In this document: positions 19,776-28,603 of the stretch, one piece after another
How positions within the stretch are numbered: position 1 is the stretch's first letter
Layout of the letters: every line of letters starts with the position of its first letter
DNA from: Chloroflexota bacterium
GTDB taxonomy: Bacteria > Chloroflexota > Anaerolineae > UBA4142
Reading direction: 5' to 3'
Assembly (NCBI GenBank): GCA_016219275.1
Contig: JACRBM010000039.1
Coordinates: forward strand, 24,751 to 88,750
Length of the DNA stretch: 64,000 nt
Program-made: the position numbers and the translations under genes
Notes under the pieces: model-generated
Seen by the model: only the letters and a program-made list of their open reading frames with translations
Databases searched by the model: none
Told to the model about the DNA's origin: nothing

Positions 19776-22213
19776 TTTTGCTCGTCGCCACGAGTGTGTG
19801 GTTGATCGCGTTGCTGATGACCTGGGCGCGCCGCGCGCGTAACGACGCGTGGCGCGATACGCTCGCCATCGGTGCGATCGGCGCGGCGACGGCTGGCTTT
19901 TTTTGGCGCGTACTGTTCGGCGACGCGTGGATGCCGGCGGGCGGCGGCGACCTCGCGCAATTTCTGTACCCCACGTACGCGTTTGCCGCCGAATGGTGGC
20001 GACACGGCGTGATTCCGTTGTGGAATCCTTACCTCTTCGGCGGAATGCCGTTCGTCGGCGACATCCAGTCCGGCGTTTTCTATCCGCTCAATCTCCTCAC
20101 GTTTTTTCTGACGAATCCACTCACTTTTCGCGATATGGAATTTCTCTCGATTCTCCATTTCGCTATCGCGGGCGCGGGGATGTATGCGTTGTTGCGGTTT
20201 GGAAATTGTAAGTTGGAAATTGTAAGTTGGAAATTGGAGACTGCTTCTAACATCCAACTTCCAACATCTAATTTCCAACTCTCCCGCCTTGCCGCGCTCG
20301 CCGGCGCAATCGCGTTTGAGTTCAGCGATTTGTTCATCACGCATTTTGGAAATCTGAATTTGATCGCGGTCGTCGCGTGGATGCCGCTCGTGTTGTTGTT
20401 CTATCAGCGCGCGATCACCGACCGGCGTGCGTCGTTCGCCGCGATTGCCGGCATCATTCTCGCGATTGCCTTTTACGCGGGACACATCCAATCGTTCCTC
20501 ACGATTCTCATCGCGCTCGCGGCGTTCGCGGTCTACTATACATTCTTTGACCGCCGACCGCAGATGGCAGACGGCGGTCGGTGGTCGGCGGTCGGTGGTC
20601 TCATCATCGTGGGACTCGTATCGTTCGGATTATCCGCGCCTGTTCTGTTTCCGGCGCTCGAAATGACGCAACACACGCTGCGCGCCGAATTTCCGTACGA
20701 ACAAGCCGCACGATTTTCGCTGCCACCCGCGCAGTTGATCGGCTTGTTCGTCCCCGGTTTTTTCGGACGCGGACCACAAAACGCCTGGGGACCCTGGGAT
20801 CGTGTCGAGGTTGGGTACATCGGTGTGCTGCCGATTGTGCTGGCGCTGCTCGCGCTGATTCTGCGCCGCGATGCGCCCACGCGATTTTTCGGCGCGCTCG
20901 CGTTGCTGGGGCTCGCGCTCGCACTCGGCGGCTACGCGATTCTGCACGGCTGGCTCTACCAGTTCGCCCCAGGTTTTGGGCAGTTGCGCGCGCCGGCGCG
21001 ATTCATCGTCCTGTTCGATTTCGCGATTGCCACGCTCTGCGCGTTTGGTTTCGACGCGCTGTTGCGCGCGTTGCCGCGCGCGAGTGAACTCGCGTTCAAG
21101 CGCATCGTGCGCGCCGCGCCGTGGGCGTTTCTGCTCATCGCGTTGGCAACCGGCGCGAGCGCGTACACGATTCTGATCCTGGGTCAGGGACAGGACGCGG
21201 CGTTGTTCGCGCGGATGGCAAACGCGGTTAACGCGCTTGCATTCTTTTTGGTTTTGCTCGCGCTCGCGCTCGGACTCGTCCTCGCGCGCGCGACGCGATT
21301 CTTTCATCGCGTCGCGTGGGCGGCGCTCGCACTCGCGCTCATCTTTTTCGATTTGCTCTCGCTCGGCGCATACACCGACATCACGACCGACAATCCTGCG
21401 CGCGTGTACGAGCATCCCGATGCCGTCGCGTTTCTCAAGAGTGCGGGGCTGTATCGCATTGACCCGCGCGGCACCGGCGTGGATTCGCTCTGGACTGCCG
21501 ACACGGCTTTGTTGTACAACCTGTTCGATGTCGGCGGCGACAATCCGCTCGTGCTCGCCGATTTTGACCGCTACTGGGAATCGCTCGGCAGTCGTTCGAC
21601 GCGGCTGTACGATTTGCTCAACGTCAGGTACGTGATCGGGCGCAAGAACATTGCGCTCGACCGCGAAAAATTCCGGGTTGCATTCGACGGTGATCCTGCT
21701 GTGAATATCTACGAGAACACGCGCGTTCTCCCGCGTGCCTTTGTCGTCTTTGACGCACGCGTCGTGCCGGACAAGTCTGCGGCACTTGCCGCGATTCACG
21801 CGGAGGATTTCGAGCCGGCGCGAATGGTCGTGCTGGAGAAAGCAATGAACAGTGAACAGTCAACAGTGAACAGTCAACAGTCAACAGTGAACAGTGAACA
21901 GTCAGCGGTCAAAATAGTTGGTTACGGACCGAATGACATTGTGATGGAGATGAATACATCGAGCGCGGGCGTGCTCGTGTTGAGCGAGGTGTACTACCCA
22001 GGATGGCAAGCGTGGGTGGACGATCAGGCAACGCCGGTGTTGCGTGCGAATTACTTGTTTCGCGCGGTAGAATTGCCGGCAGGTGCACATCGCGTTCGGT
22101 TCAAGTACGCGCCGATGACGATCAATATCGGCGCGGGACTCGCGATGCTGACGGTTGGGTTGTTGATTGGCGCGGGGGTGTGGAGGAAATTACAACGGAC
22201 AACTGCGGATTAA
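19772..22213 (+). CDS. YfhO-family polytopic membrane protein (putative lipid-linked glycosyltransferase)
   Basis: Its ATG overlaps the previous stop (ATGA). It has 12+ TM helices and a C-terminal extracytoplasmic domain. It contains two in-frame repeat insertions. Confidence 0.7.
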   Translation: MILLVATSVWLIALLMTWARRARNDAWRDTLAIGAIGAATAGFFWRVLFGDAWMPAGGGDLAQFLYPTYAFAAEWWRHGVIPLWNPYLFGGMPFVGDIQSGVFYPLNLLTFFLTNPLTFRDMEFLSILHFAIAGAGMYALLRFGNCKLEIVSWKLETASNIQLPTSNFQLSRLAALAGAIAFEFSDLFITHFGNLNLIAVVAWMPLVLLFYQRAITDRRASFAAIAGIILAIAFYAGHIQSFLTILIALAAFAVYYTFFDRRPQMADGGRWSAVGGLIIVGLVSFGLSAPVLFPALEMTQHTLRAEFPYEQAARFSLPPAQLIGLFVPGFFGRGPQNAWGPWDRVEVGYIGVLPIVLALLALILRRDAPTRFFGALALLGLALALGGYAILHGWLYQFAPGFGQLRAPARFIVLFDFAIATLCAFGFDALLRALPRASELAFKRIVRAAPWAFLLIALATGASAYTILILGQGQDAALFARMANAVNALAFFLVLLALALGLVLARATRFFHRVAWAALALALIFFDLLSLGAYTDITTDNPARVYEHPDAVAFLKSAGLYRIDPRGTGVDSLWTADTALLYNLFDVGGDNPLVLADFDRYWESLGSRSTRLYDLLNVRYVIGRKNIALDREKFRVAFDGDPAVNIYENTRVLPRAFVVFDARVVPDKSAALAAIHAEDFEPARMVVLEKAMNSEQSTVNSQQSTVNSEQSAVKIVGYGPNDIVMEMNTSSAGVLVLSEVYYPGWQAWVDDQATPVLRANYLFRAVELPAGAHRVRFKYAPMTINIGAGLAMLTVGLLIGAGVWRKLQRTTAD
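20203..20292 (+). repeat. Tandem plus inverted repeat element (ggaaattgtaagtt x2 ... aatttccaactc) inserted in frame in YfhO-family CDS
   Basis: It forms an imperfect palindrome around the gttggaaatt core and encodes GNCKLEIVSWKLETASNIQLPTSNFQLS. Confidence 0.7.
21848..21903 (+). repeat. Heptanucleotide tandem array (AACAGTS)x8 inside the YfhO-family CDS, in frame
   Basis: It encodes NSEQSTVNSQQSTVNSEQS and has the same CAGTGNN periodicity as the intergenic arrays at 50456 and 53343. Confidence 0.8.
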
Positions 22214-22263
22214 ACGGATAAGAGTAATACAAGTCCCATCCGCTTGTCCGTTGTTGTCCGTTG

Positions 22264-22799
22264 TTATTTTTGTGCGAGCAACTCTTCCAACTTGGCGATG
22301 AACTCGCGCTCGGTCATGTACGAGCTATCGCGCGTGATCGGACCGAGTGCGTTGCCGCTCAAGGTGCCATCCTTGGCAACAAAGAATGTTTCGGGCACGC
22401 CTTTGATGCGATACAACGGATTAATCACGCCGCCCAGATCGGGTCCGTTGAGATAGGTGATGTCGAATTCTTTGAGATACGCGCGCGCGTTCGGCTCGAC
22501 ATCGTTGTAATCAATTCCGATGAACACGACGCCGCGATCTTTGTACTGCCGCCACGTCTTTTCGAGAAACGCCGCTTCGTCGCGGCACGGACCGCACCAC
22601 GATGCCCAGAAATTGATGACGACAACCTTGCCGCGAAAATCGGACAATTTGACCGTTTTATCGTCGAACGTTTTGAGCGTGAAATCGGGGGCGGGTCCCG
22701 TGCCGGGTTGAACCGCGGAACGCTGGCGCAAACCGAATGCGAAAAAACCAATGACGCCGATCACAGTGGCAAACACGATATATTGACCCCAACGTGGCA
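22264..22799 (-). CDS. TlpA/ResA-like thiol-disulfide oxidoreductase (thioredoxin fold, membrane-anchored)
   Basis: It has an N-terminal TM helix and a WCGPC active-site motif. A GTG start is assumed, because the longer ORF upstream is Arg-rich and not protein-like. Confidence 0.7.
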
Positions 22800-22802
22800 C
22801 GG

Positions 22803-23327
22803 TTAATACTCCTTCAATTCTTTTTCGATCCGGTCGGCGTATTCCTTGGGAATCACCGGCGCTTCGGGCGCAGCCGTCGCATCTTGACGACGCACGAGCC
22901 ACTGGCGCACCGTGAACCACGCGACCGTCGCGCCCAGCACGATGCCGAGCGCCGGCAAGATGTACGCGATCCAGTTGAAACCTTCCGCCGGCGGCGCGCC
23001 TAGCACGCGCTCGCCGAACTGCGCGACAAAATAATCGCGAATATCTTTTTCGGACTTGCCCTTTTGCAGCATATCTTTGATCTGCGCGCGCCAGTCCGCA
23101 CACGCTTGCGTGTTGCACACATCCAGCGGCGTGTTCGGACACACCGGGCAGTACAGCGTCTTGGCGATGCGATTCACCTCGTCGTCAATGCTCGGCGACT
23201 GCGCGCCCACCGATGCCACGCTCAGCCACGCGAACGCGACGAACAACACTGCCACCATCGCGAGATATATTTTCGATTTTGGATCCTTCGCTACGCTCAG
23301 GACCATGTCTCTGATTTTCGATCTCAT
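22803..23327 (-). CDS. CcmH/CycL-like cytochrome c biogenesis protein
   Basis: It has a signal/TM, a LYCPVCPN CxxC motif and a second TM near the C-terminus. It is adjacent to the TlpA-like gene. Confidence 0.65.
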   Translation of the reverse strand: MRSKIRDMVLSVAKDPKSKIYLAMVAVLFVAFAWLSVASVGAQSPSIDDEVNRIAKTLYCPVCPNTPLDVCNTQACADWRAQIKDMLQKGKSEKDIRDYFVAQFGERVLGAPPAEGFNWIAYILPALGIVLGATVAWFTVRQWLVRRQDATAAPEAPVIPKEYADRIEKELKEY

Positions 23328-23352
23328 CCACTCACCTCATCACTTGTTGCCA

Positions 23353-23402
23353 CTCTGCAACTATCGCACTAACGCACTATCGCACTAACGCACTATCGCA
23401 CT
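23353..23402. repeat. Tandem repeat (cgcactaacgcactat x3)
   Basis: It is seen directly between the ccmH-like start and the GT2-like stop. Confidence 0.7.
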
Positions 23403-24666
23403 AACGAACCCCATCATACGCCCAGGGCACGTACGTTTGCCACCGCTGCACCAGATAGGGCTTTTGCTCGGCGAACGCTTGCGCCTGGGCTTGAATCGCT
23501 TGCTCCACCGCGTCGAGCTTGCCGCCGGTATCCCGCAAGATCGCCGCCGTGCGCGCATAGTACAGCGGCAATAACGCGGCGACCACTTTATCCGGATCGC
23601 TCTCGCCTTTGTTGTACACGACCGCGAAATCAAAGACGACGCGCGACCAGAGTTCGGCGGAGAAATTCATCGCGCCGCGGGGCTTGTTCGCGAGTTCGTT
23701 CACCTCGGTGAAATTGCTCGGCGACATGATGCTCCGCCACAAACGTCGAAAGCGCCGCGCGCCGGAACTGAACGCGTCGGAAAGCATGTTCAGCGTGATC
23801 GCGGCGGTGAGGCGCGGTTGGTCCGCGGCGATGCCGTTGCCGTGAAACGGCGCAAGGCGTTGCGGACGCGTGCCCTCTGCCCAACGTCGCCGATAAATAT
23901 CCATCATTCGAAACAGCGTGCCCACCGATTGCACGAAACCTGGGTCGAACGACGTGGCGGCTTCGCGATTGTCTTCGATCTTGGTGCCGAGCCGCACCTG
24001 GCACATCTTGATATTTTCATTGATCGCGATCGTCGTGAGCCAGATGTCAATGCCATGCCGCGCCACGTCGGTTTCCCACACGTCGCGATCAAAGATGCGC
24101 CCCGCTAGTTCGCCCGAGACGGCGAAATCGCCGCCCATCGGTTGGCGCACGTCCACGCCGTACAGCATCCGCGTCAACGGATACGCGAGAATGTCGGTGA
24201 CCGCGCCTTCGACGAGCGGACGTGCGTACGTCGGCACGACGTACGCGTAATCGCCCTTCAGAATCGGCTCGCACAGTTTGGGAATCCATTCGCGCGTGAT
24301 CGTCACCAAATCGGCTTCGAGTACAATGCACACCTGGGCTTTGAGCGCGCGCGTCATTTCGAAAATCGCGCGTACGGCGCTCCCTTTGCCCTGGATGCCT
24401 TGATACGTCGTGACGATGCGCCGAACAGCGACCGGCAAAACCTGGGCAGCGGCGATGTGCGGCGTCTCATCCGACGAACCGCCGTCCACCACCCCGATGA
24501 CCGGGCGCAAGGTGGGATAAAAAGTCACCAACCCTTCCGCCGCGCGCTCCATCACCAAGCCAATCGTGTTCGCGTTCTTGTAACTAGGAATCCCTACGAC
24601 GATATCTGCGCTACCAATTTCCGCCAGACGTCTCTGTCCATCTGTCCGCAGTGAAGTCTCATACAT
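23401..24666 (-). CDS. GT2-like cytoplasmic glycosyltransferase
   Basis: It has an IVVGIPSYKNANTIG N-terminus and a VVDGGSSDET motif, consistent with the GT-A fold. Confidence 0.6.
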   Translation of the reverse strand: MYETSLRTDGQRRLAEIGSADIVVGIPSYKNANTIGLVMERAAEGLVTFYPTLRPVIGVVDGGSSDETPHIAAAQVLPVAVRRIVTTYQGIQGKGSAVRAIFEMTRALKAQVCIVLEADLVTITREWIPKLCEPILKGDYAYVVPTYARPLVEGAVTDILAYPLTRMLYGVDVRQPMGGDFAVSGELAGRIFDRDVWETDVARHGIDIWLTTIAINENIKMCQVRLGTKIEDNREAATSFDPGFVQSVGTLFRMMDIYRRRWAEGTRPQRLAPFHGNGIAADQPRLTAAITLNMLSDAFSSGARRFRRLWRSIMSPSNFTEVNELANKPRGAMNFSAELWSRVVFDFAVVYNKGESDPDKVVAALLPLYYARTAAILRDTGGKLDAVEQAIQAQAQAFAEQKPYLVQRWQTYVPWAYDGVR

Positions 24667-24687
24667 CGTTATGCTCTCTCCGCCACA

Positions 24688-26016
24688 TCACTTGCCCGCC
24701 GTGGCGATATTCCGCGCGGCTTCTTCCGCTGTGATTTGTCCTTTCCACACAGCCGGGATCACCGCGCGCCACACCTCCGCGGACTTGGCATACGCCGACG
24801 CGGTCGGCATGAATGCGGCGCGCTCCAATTGCTCGCGTAAGAACGCGGCATAGTCCGGCGGCTCGACGGCTAACGCCAACGTACCACGATGCGCCGGCAA
24901 ACGTCGCGCCGCGCGCAGCCAAGTCGCCAACCGGTCGCTTTGAATGAGCCAACGAATAAAGCGCGTGGCGATCGCTTGGCGCGCCGGTTCACGCGCCGTA
25001 ATCCCCAGACCCCAGCCCACCACCAGCGCCGCGCCGCGTCCATCGCGCGTGGGCAAGGGCGCGAACGTCGCGTTCGGTACCTGCGCCCGCTCCGTCATGT
25101 AACGCGACGCGGACACGTGCGCCATCGCGACCTGACCTTGGGCAAACGGCAACCAGGTTTCTTCCACGCTCTTCAAACCGAGCGCCGTGTCGGGAATCGC
25201 TCCCACATCATGTCCGCGTTTGAAAAAATCGAGCACCAGCGCGGTTGCCGCCGGATCGAACGCGACCGGACTTGCCTTCGTGTCCATTGTCGTGAGCGCG
25301 CTGTATTGCAACAGAAACGCGTCATCACTCGCGATCGGCATCAACCACGTTTGCTTTTGCCTCAATACATCATCCCAGGTTCGCGGCGGCTTGGGCACGA
25401 GCGTCTTGTCGTAGACGAGGTGCTGCACATCCACCGCCAACGGCGCCAGCATCCAGCGTCCATTCAACTGCGCGGCTTGCTTGGCAAAGGGAAACAATCC
25501 ATCGCGCCAATCCGCCGGCATCCACTCGTCGAACGCTTGCAACACATCTACCGCTTGGGACGCTTCCGCCAAATCCAGCGCGACCACATCGGGCATCCGC
25601 GCCGGAATCACCGCGTTCGTCGTCAGCAAAAAATCAAGGATGCCGCCTTTGCCGTATGGCTTTTTGAAAACGATGTCAATTTGAACGTTCGGATTTGCCG
25701 CGAGGAACGCATCCACTTGCTCTTTGAACACGCGTCCCGCCGGCGACGCGCCCGGCGCTAGGTCTTCGGTCGTCCAGAAGACCAGCACCACGCCATCGCC
25801 CGTCGGCGTCGGCGTGCGTGCGAGAGGTACTGTGGGCGCAACCGTCGCGGTTCGCGTTGGCGCGGGCGTGACGCTAAACGTCGGCGCGGCGGTGTTCGTC
25901 GCGCGCGCGGGCGTCAGCACACGCGCGTCAGGTGTTAAACTCGCGCACGCGGTTGCGAGCATCAACGCGAGCAAACAAATAATTCCACGCGCCGCGAGTT
26001 GTCCTCTCAGATTCAT
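24688..26016 (-). CDS. ABC transporter sugar-type substrate-binding lipoprotein (SBP family 1)
   Basis: It has a lipoprotein signal peptide (LALMLATAC) and a Thr/Pro-rich linker. No permease genes are adjacent. Confidence 0.65.
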   Translation of the reverse strand: MNLRGQLAARGIICLLALMLATACASLTPDARVLTPARATNTAAPTFSVTPAPTRTATVAPTVPLARTPTPTGDGVVLVFWTTEDLAPGASPAGRVFKEQVDAFLAANPNVQIDIVFKKPYGKGGILDFLLTTNAVIPARMPDVVALDLAEASQAVDVLQAFDEWMPADWRDGLFPFAKQAAQLNGRWMLAPLAVDVQHLVYDKTLVPKPPRTWDDVLRQKQTWLMPIASDDAFLLQYSALTTMDTKASPVAFDPAATALVLDFFKRGHDVGAIPDTALGLKSVEETWLPFAQGQVAMAHVSASRYMTERAQVPNATFAPLPTRDGRGAALVVGWGLGITAREPARQAIATRFIRWLIQSDRLATWLRAARRLPAHRGTLALAVEPPDYAAFLREQLERAAFMPTASAYAKSAEVWRAVIPAVWKGQITAEEAARNIATAGK

Positions 26017-26147
26017 TCCGTGATTGACTCTCTTGCGCTTATTATAGCACAAGCCGTTTGGATTTGCATTTTTTTACCTTTTCGACTAGAATCCGCCGGG
26101 AGTGGTGAGCAAGCCCCTCCGAAATTATTTCGCTCAGGAGATTCCTA

Positions 26148-26669
26148 ATGGAACTCGCTCAACTCATCCGCAGTATTCCCGATTTTCCCATCCCCGGCAT
26201 CCTCTTCCGCGACATTACCACCCTCATTCGCGACGGCGAGGCGCTGCAAGAAACGATTGACACGATGGTCGAGCATTATCGCGATACCGACCTCGACGCG
26301 ATTGCCGCCATCGAAGCGCGCGGGTGGATCTTTGGTTCGCCGCTCGCGTACGAATTAGGCGCGGGTTTCGTGCCGATTCGCAAGCCGAGCAAACTGCCCG
26401 CCGAAAAAATCGCGATCACCTACTCGCTCGAGTACGGCACCAACACACTCGAAATGCACAAGGACGCAATCGAACCTGGCACACGCGTGTTGATCGTGGA
26501 CGATTTGCTCGCGACCGGTGGCTCGGCGAAGGCGGCGATTCAACTCGTCGAAAAACTCGGCGGCAAAGTCGTCGGACTCGCGTTCCTCATCGAACTCGTT
26601 GACCTGAAAGGACGCGATAAACTCAAAGGGTACGATGTGTACTCGATGATTCAGTACGAAGGCGCATAA
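26148..26669 (+). CDS. apt: Adenine phosphoribosyltransferase
   Basis: It carries the PRTase motif VLIVDDLLATGGS and the APRT N-terminal region (FPIPGILFRDIT). Confidence 0.9.
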   Translation: MELAQLIRSIPDFPIPGILFRDITTLIRDGEALQETIDTMVEHYRDTDLDAIAAIEARGWIFGSPLAYELGAGFVPIRKPSKLPAEKIAITYSLEYGTNTLEMHKDAIEPGTRVLIVDDLLATGGSAKAAIQLVEKLGGKVVGLAFLIELVDLKGRDKLKGYDVYSMIQYEGA

Positions 26670-26673
26670 AAAA

Positions 26674-26714
26674 AACAGACCCTTTGGAGAAAATCCAAAG
26701 GGTTTCCTGTTTTA
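26674..26714 (+). terminator. Rho-independent terminator after apt
   Basis: A hairpin (cagaccctttgg...ccaaagggtttcctg) is followed by a T-run. Confidence 0.6.
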
Positions 26715-26758
26715 CCCGTATCCACTTTCCCATTCGCACGTCACACTCTTTAGGCAAG

Positions 26759-27313
26759 ATGGCGACCTCCGAACGCGACCTGTTGCAACGCGCGCGCACG
26801 TTTGATCCGCAAGCGTTGGGCGAGATCTATGATCGCTACAGCCCGGCGTTATTTCGTTATGCCGTCCGCTTGCTCGGCAACGCCGATGCCGCCGAAGAAT
26901 GCGTCGCCGAATCGTTCAGCCGATTTTTGGTCGCGTTGCGCGGCGGCGGCGGTCCGCGCGAGTACATGCAGGCGTACTTGTATCGCGTCGCGCATAACTG
27001 GATCACCGACCGCTGGCGACGCGCCCCGCCGCCCGCGCTTCCACTCGACCAGGTCACGTTGGACGACGCCACCGATTTCACATCCGCCGTCGCCGACCGC
27101 GTGGCACAAGCCCAGGTGCGCGCCGCGTTACAGTGCTTGACGGAAGAGCAACGCCAGGTTGTCGTGCTGAAATTTATCGAAGGACTAGAGAACGACGAAA
27201 TTGCCGCGTCGTTGAACAAACCGATCGGCGCGGTCAAGTCACTGCAACATCGCGCGCTGGCGGCGCTGCGCCGCATCCTGCTTCACGAACAAGACGATGA
27301 ACAACCCTGCTGA
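26759..27313 (+). CDS. ECF-subfamily RNA polymerase sigma-70 factor
   Basis: It has sigma70 regions 2 and 4 (FRYAVRLLGNADAAEE, VVVLKFIEGLENDEIAASL). Confidence 0.85.
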   Translation: MATSERDLLQRARTFDPQALGEIYDRYSPALFRYAVRLLGNADAAEECVAESFSRFLVALRGGGGPREYMQAYLYRVAHNWITDRWRRAPPPALPLDQVTLDDATDFTSAVADRVAQAQVRAALQCLTEEQRQVVVLKFIEGLENDEIAASLNKPIGAVKSLQHRALAALRRILLHEQDDEQPC

Positions 27314-28484
27314 TCCACGCGATTCGCGCCTGCTTGCGCGGCTCGCCGCACTCAAGGACACGCCGGCGCGCGATCCGAACGCCGCCACGCACGGGCGCGA
27401 ACAATTCCTCGCGCAAGCGCGCGCGCTCCAGCCGACCGTGCCACGCGCGCGGCTTGGTCTCTTGCCGCGCCTGGCATTCGCGTTCAGCATCGTCCTCGTC
27501 TTGCTCATCATTACGACCGGCGCGACGGTCTACGCCGCGCAAGACGCCTTGCCGAACGACGCGCTCTATCCAGTGAAATTGTGGAGCGAAGACGCGCGGC
27601 TCGCGTGGACGAACGAGCCGGACGCGCGCGCGACTATTTTGCTCAACTTTGCCGACCGACGCGCCGCCGAAATTTCGGCGATCAGCGCGAGCGGCGGTGC
27701 GGTCTCCGATCAAACGCTTGCGCGCATGCAAACCCAGATCGAGGATGCGTTGAACGCGTCGGCAAACCTGGACAACGCGCAACTCGCGCGTCAACTCGAA
27801 CTGCAACAACAACGCGTCCAGGCATGGACGCGCACGCTCGAACAAGCCGAAACGAACGCGCCCGCGTCCACCGCGCCGATCTTGCAGCGCACGCGCGGCA
27901 TGTTGGAGGAACGCCGCGCGTTGATCGAAACCGGTTTGCAGAATCCCGCCGCGTTTCGCACGCGCGTCATCGAACGCGCGCAAACACCGCTCCCGCCGCC
28001 GACCGCGTGGCACGCGCCAATCCCCTCCGCGACCTTCACACGATTGCCGCGTCCAACGGACATTCCACACACCGCGTCGCCGCGCCCCATCGAACCGCCA
28101 CCGACATTTGCGCCGACGCCACAACCGATGCCGACGGCACCAAGCATCATCATCGCAACGCCGCCGATTTTGCAAACTCGGTTGGCAACTCCACCGCGTC
28201 TCGGCACACCCGGCGCGGTGATGACCGAGTTCGCGACTCGCTTCGCTACGCCCGGCGCGATGATGACCGAATTCGCGACTCGCTTCGCTACGCCGATAAA
28301 TATCCCGCCGGGATTTACACCGCCGCCAGGGTTCACACCACCTGCGCCGCCGGGTTTCACACCCCCCGCGCCGAACCCGGGCAGTCCACCCCCCAAACCG
28401 CCGCCGGGTTTCACACCCCCCGCGCCACCGCCGCCGCCACCCGCGACGAAACCGCCATCGAATTTCGCGACGCCGCGGAGATAG
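27297..28484 (+). CDS. Putative anti-sigma factor with TM helix, DUF5667-like domain and Pro-rich repetitive C-terminus
   Basis: It overlaps the sigma gene by 17 nt. It has a single TM (FAFSIVLVLLIITTGATV) and a GFTPP(A)P repeat tail. Confidence 0.6.
   Translation: MNNPADPRDSRLLARLAALKDTPARDPNAATHGREQFLAQARALQPTVPRARLGLLPRLAFAFSIVLVLLIITTGATVYAAQDALPNDALYPVKLWSEDARLAWTNEPDARATILLNFADRRAAEISAISASGGAVSDQTLARMQTQIEDALNASANLDNAQLARQLELQQQRVQAWTRTLEQAETNAPASTAPILQRTRGMLEERRALIETGLQNPAAFRTRVIERAQTPLPPPTAWHAPIPSATFTRLPRPTDIPHTASPRPIEPPPTFAPTPQPMPTAPSIIIATPPILQTRLATPPRLGTPGAVMTEFATRFATPGAMMTEFATRFATPINIPPGFTPPPGFTPPAPPGFTPPAPNPGSPPPKPPPGFTPPAPPPPPPATKPPSNFATPRR
28210..28293 (+). repeat. In-frame 42-bp tandem duplication in anti-sigma gene (PGAVMTEFATRFAT x2)
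   Basis: The two units differ at 3 positions. Confidence 0.8.
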
Positions 28485-28603
28485 AAACGACCACTGACAA
28501 CCGACCGCCGACCGCCGATGGATTGAACGACGGTCGGCGGTCTGCCGTCTGCAGTCATACGTCACCCTCTTGCAATCCGCATTCGCGCGGGTATAATCGT
28601 GCC

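Noticed and set aside
22800-23142. N-terminal 114 codons of ORF 22264..23142 as part of the TlpA-like protein
   Set aside because: This region is Arg/Ala-rich and not membrane- or protein-like, and it overlaps the CcmH-like gene in another frame. A TlpA start near 22799 with an N-terminal TM fits better.
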